The notes beneath the pieces were generated by a model. That model did no database searches. It was not told the DNA's origin and worked only from the letters and a program-made list of their open reading frames with translations. A program made the position numbers and the translations under genes. From Lentisphaeria bacterium (GTDB lineage Bacteria > Verrucomicrobiota > Lentisphaeria > Victivallales > UBA1829), in assembly GCA_017524965.1 (NCBI GenBank), contig JAFXUM010000220.1, positions 1-46,634 of the forward strand: a stretch of 46,634 nt of DNA, read 5' to 3'. Positions 6,599 through 12,587 of the stretch are shown here, in pieces. The first letter of the stretch is position 1. Each line of letters opens with the position of its first letter.

Positions 6599-8296
6599 AT
6601 GGCCATTTTCGAAGAAAAACAACCCGCGGTCCGCTGGACCGTGCTGCTGATCGCCGCGGTGTTCCTCGTTTCCTTCCCGCTCGTGCAGATCGGGATGAAC
6701 GAGCTGTACTCCACGGAAGGCGAGTACGCGGCGGCGGCGCTCGAGTTCACCGGGGCGAACACGCTGGTGACCGTGCACGGCACGCTGCCGGATTCGGTGT
6801 TCCCGCTGTACCCGGCGATGGTGCGTCTGCTGCTGAACTGCGGCCTGCCGCTCGAATTTTCCCTGCGGTTCATGTCGCTGCTGCCGCTGGCGCTGCTGGC
6901 GCTGCTGACGGGCCTGATCTGCGGGCGTTCGGCTGACAGGCAGGCGGGCGCGGCGGCGGCCGTCATCGTGCTGACCACGATCCTGGCGGGGTCGAAAGCG
7001 CCGGAGGGCTATCCGCAGATGCTGTCCGTGCTGATCGTGTACGGCGGGTGGATGCTGTGGTTCTACCTCGGGTTCGTCCGGTCGAACTGGAACGCCGCCT
7101 GGCTGTCGGTCGGGGTGTTCGGCGGGCTGGCGTTCTACTCCAACGGCCTCACGGCGGTGATCTATTTCCTCGTGCCGCTGGCGTTCCAGCAGAGACCGTT
7201 CACCGTGTGGACGAAGCTCCGCAAGCCGGGTCTTCCGGCGGCGATCCTGCTCGGAGCGGTCTTTTTCTTCGCGTGGCTGACGCCGATCCAGAACTTCCTG
7301 GCGGCAAATCCCGAGCTCCCGCACGAAGCGCCGCATTTCCGCCTCCTGACGTACTTCAAGGACATCGCGGTCCGCCCGTTCGACGCCGCGTTCCGGTTCT
7401 TCCCGTGGACGCTGATGCTGTGGGCGCCCTTCTGCCCGGCGCTGATCGCGATCGAACGCAATCCCCTGCTCATCAAGTACCACCGGATCCTGTTCGTGGT
7501 GCTCGGGCTGCTGATCTGGTTCAATCCGCAGACCAAGCCGCGCGATTTCTTCTATCTGCTGCCGGTCGCGTCCGCCCTGGCGGCGTTCAACTACTGGATC
7601 CTCGTGCGCCGCTATGCCGGAAAGTTCTTCGGCATCTTCACGGTCCTGGCGGTGCTGGCGCTCGCGGCGGGCGCGGTCGCCGCGGCATACATGGTCCTGC
7701 CGCAGGACGTGTTCGCGAAGTTCGCGTTCGGCGTCGATCTCCCGCCTGAAAAACCGGTCTTCTCCCTGCTGATGAAATCCGAGGTCGCGCTGTCGGTCAC
7801 GGCCGCAATCGCGGCGGTCCTGCTCATCCGCCTGCGGCGTCCCGTCTGGATGACCTATCTTTTCGTGTTCGCGTCGTTCATGCTGCTCTTCTGGGCCGTG
7901 GTGAATCCGGTCCGGACCGCGGGCGAGGAGAAAAAGGCGCTCGCGGACGACATTCTGGCGGCGCTGAAAAAAGACGCCGCCGCGCCGACCGGGACTGAAC
8001 AGGATGCGATACCGGAGAAAAGCCATCTGCCGGAGACGCTGTACAAGGACCCGGCGATCATGGGGCTGTATTCCGAGGGCTGCTACATCGGGATCCCGGT
8101 CCGCACGCTCGCACAGGACAAAATACCCGAGGACGTCAATCCGGCCTACGTGCTGACGGCTGACGTGCCCTCGCACCATACGCGCACCTGGACCCGCCTC
8201 TACGACCGCGAGTACAGGCATGAACATCTGTATATCTACAAAGGCGTGAAGAAGGAGCTAACCGATGACGACGACTACGACTATGACTACGAATGA
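6599..8296 (+). CDS. Polytopic membrane protein, ArnT/PMT-like GT-C glycosyltransferase candidate, with an acidic DDDDYDYDYE tail
   Basis: The in-frame ATG at 6599 begins MAIFEEKQPAVRWTVLLIAAVFLV... Ten or more hydrophobic helices are followed by a soluble C-terminal part. The upstream 5699-6598 part of the track ORF is antisense to nnr and was rejected. The functional call is weak. Confidence 0.7.
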   Translation: MAIFEEKQPAVRWTVLLIAAVFLVSFPLVQIGMNELYSTEGEYAAAALEFTGANTLVTVHGTLPDSVFPLYPAMVRLLLNCGLPLEFSLRFMSLLPLALLALLTGLICGRSADRQAGAAAAVIVLTTILAGSKAPEGYPQMLSVLIVYGGWMLWFYLGFVRSNWNAAWLSVGVFGGLAFYSNGLTAVIYFLVPLAFQQRPFTVWTKLRKPGLPAAILLGAVFFFAWLTPIQNFLAANPELPHEAPHFRLLTYFKDIAVRPFDAAFRFFPWTLMLWAPFCPALIAIERNPLLIKYHRILFVVLGLLIWFNPQTKPRDFFYLLPVASALAAFNYWILVRRYAGKFFGIFTVLAVLALAAGAVAAAYMVLPQDVFAKFAFGVDLPPEKPVFSLLMKSEVALSVTAAIAAVLLIRLRRPVWMTYLFVFASFMLLFWAVVNPVRTAGEEKKALADDILAALKKDAAAPTGTEQDAIPEKSHLPETLYKDPAIMGLYSEGCYIGIPVRTLAQDKIPEDVNPAYVLTADVPSHHTRTWTRLYDREYRHEHLYIYKGVKKELTDDDDYDYDYE

Positions 8297-10430
8297 GGCG
8301 AAACCATTCCTGGCGGCCGCCTCGAAACAGGAGATCGCCGCGGCGCTGAAAGCCGCCGGACAGCCCGGATACCGCGCCGACCAGGTCTACGACTGGATCG
8401 TGAAGAAATGGATCGTCGATCCCGCGCTCATGACCAATCTCTCCGCGTCCGCGAAGGAGGCGCTTTCCGCGGCCTTCCTGTGCCCGTCCGTGGCGATCGA
8501 GGCGGAATACCCCGCCGACGACGGGTCCGCGAAGTACCTGCTGCGGCTCCACGACGGCGAGGCCGTCGAATGCGCGCGCATCCCGGCCGAGGACGGACGC
8601 ATGACGTTCTGCCTCAGCTCGCAAGTCGGCTGCCCCGTCTCCTGCGTGTTCTGCTCCAGCGGCGAATCCGGCCTCACGCGCAACCTCGCCGCGGGCGAGA
8701 TCATCGAACAGTATTTCCTGCTCTGCCGCAAGCTCGGGCAGGCCCCGGACAACGTGGTCATGATGGGCATCGGCGAGCCGCTCCTGAACTTCGACAACCT
8801 CGTCGCCGCGCTGAACGTGATCACGAACCCGGACGGCGTCGCGCTGGCCCAGCGCCGCGTCACCATCTCCACCAGCGGCTGGACGCCCGGCATCAAGGCG
8901 CTGACCGCGCTGCGCAAGCAGTGGAATCTGGCGCTCTCGCTCCACGCCCCGGACGACAAGACGCGCGCGATGCTCATCCCCACGAAATTCCGCCGCGACA
9001 TCCGCGAGATCCTCGCCGCCTGTCAGGAACACCGCGAGGCCACGGGCCGTCTGCTCACCATCGAATACGTCCTCCTCGCGGGCATCAACGATTCGCCCGA
9101 GATGGGACGCAAGTTCGCGCGGCTCGCCGCCGACGCCGGCGCGAAAGTCAACCTCATCCCGTACAACAAGGCGCGCGGCGCGTTCGAGCGTCCCTCGCGC
9201 GAGGCCGTCAAACGCTTCGAAAACGCCCTGAAGACCTTGCATGTGCCCGTGACCGTCCGCGTCGAAAAGGGCGCTTCCGCCACGGCCGCATGCGGCCAGC
9301 TCCGCGCGAACTCGAAGAAATCCGCCGCGGGCAAGGCCGTCACGCTGTTCGCCGCCGTCCTGACGCTCCTCGCCGCGACCTCCTGTTTCTCCTCGGAACC
9401 GAAGGAGCTTTCCGCGCACCAGCGCGAGCTCATGGCGCAGATCTACAGCCCGGAGGAGGACCTCGCTCCGCTCTACGAGGCGCTGTCCTGCACGGATCCG
9501 AATTTCATCGACCCGGAGACCGGACGCACTCCGCTCATGACGGCCGTCGCGCTCTCCGACGCCCCGCGCGTCTCCGCGCTTCTGGCGTCCGGGGCCGATC
9601 CCGACGCGAAGGACACGAACGGCATCCGCGCAATCCACTACGCCGCGGGCGAACCCGACCCGGCGATCCTGCGCACGCTCATCGTCGGCGGCGCGGACGT
9701 CAACGCGAAAGGCCGCACCGGCAAGACGCCCGTCATGGAGGCCGCCCGCCTCGGGATGATCCAGAACGTGAAGATCCTCGCCGACGCGGGCGCGGACCTC
9801 GACGCGCGCGACGACCTCGACCGCAACGTGGTCATGTTCGGCGCGATGGCGAAACAGTCCTCGCTCGACATCGTGAAATGCCTGCTCGAAAACGGCGCGC
9901 CGGACTTCACGTTCACGAGCAAGGGCGACACGCCGCTCTTCCTCGCCATCGACCACGGCAACTCCGACACCGCGCTGTATCTCCTCAGACGCATTGAGGA
10001 ATTCGCCGGAAACCAGGGCATCCACGCCGGGCCGGTCGACATCGAATACACCGTCTTCAACCGCTACAACGAAGCCACGGCCATCGGCCTCGCCGCCATG
10101 CGGCACGCCATCTACGCAAACGACATGAAGGTCGTGCAGGCGCTGGTCGAACGCAAACTGCCGCTGAATTCGAGCGTGAACCGCGTCTACAGGGTCATGA
10201 AGCGCACCAACATCGAGGGCTTCCACGAACTCCTCGCCCGCAACGGCGTCATCGAAGACGGCAAGAAGCCGCTCTTCTGGGCCGCAGAGACCGACAACGT
10301 GCCGATCATGAAATACCTCGTGGAACACGGCGCAGATCCCCACGAGATCGACCACGCGGGAAACCGCCCCATCGCCTACGCGCGCAGACGGGAAGCCGTG
10401 GATTATCTGCAGACAGCCATGAAACAATGA
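8265..10430 (+). CDS. rlmN: Radical-SAM rRNA/tRNA m2A methyltransferase RlmN fused in frame to a lipoprotein-signal-like hydrophobic segment and an ankyrin-repeat domain
   Basis: Residues 1-~350 carry YRADQVYDWI, the radical-SAM CPVSCVFCSSG and the C-terminal ATAACGQL. Then comes KKSAAGKAVTLFAAVLTLLAATSC (signal/lipobox-like). This is followed by several ANK repeats (GRTPLMTAV...GADPDAKDTNGIRAIHYAA...GADVNAKGRTGKTPVMEAA...). SD gaaggag is at 8249-8255. Confidence 0.85.
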   Translation: MTTTTTMTTNEAKPFLAAASKQEIAAALKAAGQPGYRADQVYDWIVKKWIVDPALMTNLSASAKEALSAAFLCPSVAIEAEYPADDGSAKYLLRLHDGEAVECARIPAEDGRMTFCLSSQVGCPVSCVFCSSGESGLTRNLAAGEIIEQYFLLCRKLGQAPDNVVMMGIGEPLLNFDNLVAALNVITNPDGVALAQRRVTISTSGWTPGIKALTALRKQWNLALSLHAPDDKTRAMLIPTKFRRDIREILAACQEHREATGRLLTIEYVLLAGINDSPEMGRKFARLAADAGAKVNLIPYNKARGAFERPSREAVKRFENALKTLHVPVTVRVEKGASATAACGQLRANSKKSAAGKAVTLFAAVLTLLAATSCFSSEPKELSAHQRELMAQIYSPEEDLAPLYEALSCTDPNFIDPETGRTPLMTAVALSDAPRVSALLASGADPDAKDTNGIRAIHYAAGEPDPAILRTLIVGGADVNAKGRTGKTPVMEAARLGMIQNVKILADAGADLDARDDLDRNVVMFGAMAKQSSLDIVKCLLENGAPDFTFTSKGDTPLFLAIDHGNSDTALYLLRRIEEFAGNQGIHAGPVDIEYTVFNRYNEATAIGLAAMRHAIYANDMKVVQALVERKLPLNSSVNRVYRVMKRTNIEGFHELLARNGVIEDGKKPLFWAAETDNVPIMKYLVEHGADPHEIDHAGNRPIAYARRREAVDYLQTAMKQ

Positions 10431-11029
10431 GCACGGGAAGCGTCAAAACCCGGTACATGATCCTCCGAAAGACGCCGTTCCGCGACACCAGCCTCGTGGT
10501 CGCCGGGATCAGCGCGGACCACGGACGCCTCGATTTCGTGCTGAAGGGCGCGCGCGCCATCGGCAGAAAACAGTTCCCCACCGCCGACGTCTTCCGCGAG
10601 TTCCTCCTCGAATTCCGTCCCGCCCGCCGCGCGGAATCCATGCCGGCGCTCGTTTCCATGGACCTGACCGCCTCGCACGACGGCATCGCGCAGTCCATGG
10701 ACTGCTACCTCGCGGCGTGTTCGTTCGCCGCCGAAACGCTCCGCCGCGCGCAGCCCATGCTCGAAATGCCGCTGACCTGGCAGGCGTTCTCCGTGATGCT
10801 CACGCGCATGGAGCGCACGCTCTCGCCGAAGATCCCGCTCATGCTCGCGCGCCTCGCCGTCCTCCGCGAACACGGCATGCTCTCCGACGCCGTGCCGTAC
10901 CCGGACCTGCTCGCGCCGCTTTTCCGGTGCGCCGTCGACGCCGACGGGCCGTGGCCGGAAATCGACGAAACCGCGTTGAACCGCATCGACGGCTGGGTGG
11001 AAACACGTTGCCGCATGCTCGGGATTTAG
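10427..11029 (+). CDS. recO: DNA repair protein RecO (short form)
   Basis: 200 aa. The N-terminal OB-fold pattern is YMILRKTPFRDTSLVVAGISADHGRLDFVLKGAR. It has an ATGA start/stop overlap with rlmN. Confidence 0.7.
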   Translation: MSTGSVKTRYMILRKTPFRDTSLVVAGISADHGRLDFVLKGARAIGRKQFPTADVFREFLLEFRPARRAESMPALVSMDLTASHDGIAQSMDCYLAACSFAAETLRRAQPMLEMPLTWQAFSVMLTRMERTLSPKIPLMLARLAVLREHGMLSDAVPYPDLLAPLFRCAVDADGPWPEIDETALNRIDGWVETRCRMLGI

Positions 11030-11071
11030 CCGAGTTTTCGGCGAAAAAAGAGGTTTTTTCCCGGAAAAAAA

Positions 11072-11091
11072 TGGAAAAAAACGGAAAAACG
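11072..11091 (+). repeat. Phased A-tract motif TGGAAAAAAACGGAAAAACG (copy 1 of 3)
   Basis: Near-identical to 23423-23441 and 39921-39941. All three copies are intergenic. Confidence 0.85.
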
Positions 11092-11144
11092 TGTAGATTC
11101 GGCGAAAAAGAGACGTTCTTACCTATGCGCCTTTCCCACCGGTA

Positions 11145-11170
11145 CATCAATTACATTTTGACAATTGATG
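11145..11170. promoter_or_regulatory. Inverted repeat catcaatt-N10-aattgatg upstream of the FG/RGG protein gene (possible operator)
   Basis: Perfect 8-bp arms. A TTGACA hexamer (11158-11163) sits inside, but no good -10 follows. Confidence 0.3.
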
Positions 11171-11276
11171 CGGGGCGTTGAATCGGCGGGAAAGACGTCC
11201 TTCGACAGAAACGGGCATCGGCCCGATGAAATAACCGCGAACAACATATAACACAAGCAAATTCAAGGAGGCAGCT

Positions 11277-11843
11277 ATGAACAGAATTCTTACATTCGCA
11301 GTCGCCGGAATCCTTTTCACCGGCATCGGAACAGCGGAAATCGCAAATGCTCAGGCGGCGTTCGGACCGCAGCAGCCCGGATTATTCCAGCCCGGACCGC
11401 AGGCAGGCCGTCAGGGCGGCTTCGGATTCGGCATGATACCGCAGCAGGGCGGACGCCAGGGATTCGGGTTCGGATTCGGCGCGGCTCCCCAGGGCGGACG
11501 TCAGCAGGCCGGACGCGGCACACAACAGCGCGGCGGTCAGCAGCGCGGATTCGGTTTCGGCGCGGCTCCGCAGGGCAATCGTCAGCAGGCCGGACGCGGC
11601 AATCAGCGCGGCGCACAGCAGCGCGGCGGGTTCGGGTTCGGCGCGGCTCCGCAGGGCGGACGTCAAGGTTTCGGATTCGGTTTCGGAATGGGTTTCTTAC
11701 AGCCCCGTGGACAGCAGGCCGGGCCGCAGGCTCAGCCCCGTGGTCCGCAGGCCGGACCGTTCGCAGGGCCGCAGGCTCAGCCCCGTGGTCCGCAGGCCGG
11801 ACCCCGTGCGCAGGCACGCGGTCCCCGGGCCAACAGGCGGTAA
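11277..11843 (+). CDS. Secreted low-complexity Gly/Gln/Arg/Phe-rich repeat protein (FG/RGG-type), unknown function
   Basis: SD aaggagg. The signal peptide is MNRILTFAVAGILFTGIGTAEIANA|QA. It is followed by repeats of GRQGFGFGFGAAPQGGRQQAGRG and GPQAQPRGPQAGP, with a basic C-terminus. A strong terminator follows. Confidence 0.75.
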   Translation: MNRILTFAVAGILFTGIGTAEIANAQAAFGPQQPGLFQPGPQAGRQGGFGFGMIPQQGGRQGFGFGFGAAPQGGRQQAGRGTQQRGGQQRGFGFGAAPQGNRQQAGRGNQRGAQQRGGFGFGAAPQGGRQGFGFGFGMGFLQPRGQQAGPQAQPRGPQAGPFAGPQAQPRGPQAGPRAQARGPRANRR

Positions 11844-11873
11844 CATCAAAGGGTTGTTTCGGGCCCTTACTCC

Positions 11874-11912
11874 GAAAAAACTCCCGGTTCCCAGCAAGGC
11901 CGGGAGTTTTTT
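11874..11912 (+). terminator. Rho-independent terminator after the FG/RGG gene
   Basis: Stem ctcccgg / ccgggag (11881-11887 / 11900-11906) flanked by an A-run and a T6 run. Confidence 0.8.
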
Positions 11913-11914
11913 GT

Positions 11915-11942
11915 TTGACTTTCCGGCAAAAGGGGTTATAGT
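11915..11942 (+). promoter_or_regulatory. Sigma70-type promoter TTGACT-N16-TATAGT for the ECF sigma/STK operon
   Basis: Hexamers at 11915-11920 and 11937-11942, about 50 nt upstream of the ATG at 11991. Confidence 0.55.
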
Positions 11943-11990
11943 AACACAAAAGACTTTGCAATACCTTTTTCCGAACAAAGGATTTCCGTC

Positions 11991-12587
11991 ATGGCCCCGC
12001 AGGATACTGAAGAAACAAATCCCCTCGATCCGGCTCTCACGGAGCACCGCGCCCGCCTGATTTCGCTTGCCCGGCTCAATCTGAATCCCGTGCTGGCCCG
12101 GCGGATTTCGCCGGAAGATGTGGTGCAGGAAACGCTGGCCGCGGCGTGCCGCAAGACCGATTTCATGCGGAGCCGCCCGGACATCCCGGTGTACTGCAAA
12201 CTGCGGACGATCCTCCTGCAGACCATCACGGACCTGGAACGAAAGCATCTGCGAAGCACGAAACGCGACGCCTACCGCGAACTGGAAATCGACGGCGACG
12301 GGGACGTTTCCTCGCCGGGGCTGAACTGGAACATGTTCGCCGACACCGTGACCGGGCCGCTGACGCAGCTCGCCCGTCAGGACCGCTACGAGCTTCTGCG
12401 GAAGACGATGGAGGCCCTGCCGGAACACGACCGCGAGATCCTGGAGCTGCGGCATTTCGACGGCATGAGCAACGCGGAGTGCGCGGAGGCACTGCATCTG
12501 ACGCAGAAGGCGGCGAGCATCCGTTATGTCCGCGCGCTGGAGCACCTGAAGAAACAACTGATCGAATTTACCGAGTTCCGCCCGTGA
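11991..12587 (+). CDS. ECF-type RNA polymerase sigma factor (sigma-70 family, regions 2 and 4)
   Basis: 198 aa. The region 2-like block is RISPEDVVQETLAAA. The region 4 HTH is LPEHDREILELRHFDGMSNAECAEALHLTQKAASIRYVRALEHLK. SD aaagga. Confidence 0.9.
   Translation: MAPQDTEETNPLDPALTEHRARLISLARLNLNPVLARRISPEDVVQETLAAACRKTDFMRSRPDIPVYCKLRTILLQTITDLERKHLRSTKRDAYRELEIDGDGDVSSPGLNWNMFADTVTGPLTQLARQDRYELLRKTMEALPEHDREILELRHFDGMSNAECAEALHLTQKAASIRYVRALEHLKKQLIEFTEFRP

Noticed and set aside
8136-10427. 763-aa minus-strand ORF opposite rlmN-ankyrin
   Set aside because: Antisense to a gene with clear radical-SAM and ankyrin motifs. Its composition is dominated by R/G/A/V/D and no recognisable domain is present. 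It is a high-GC artefact.
11317-11961. 214-aa and 94-aa minus-strand ORFs opposite the FG/RGG gene; also 11697-12602
   Set aside because: Repetitive GC-rich DNA is open in several frames. Only the plus-strand frame has an SD, a signal peptide, a promoter-proximal position and a terminator.
12146-12583. Upstream extension of the Ser/Thr kinase ORF
   Set aside because: It overlaps the ECF sigma gene in another frame and has Pro/Arg-rich composition. The GTG at 12584, overlapping the sigma stop, gives a sensible N-terminus.
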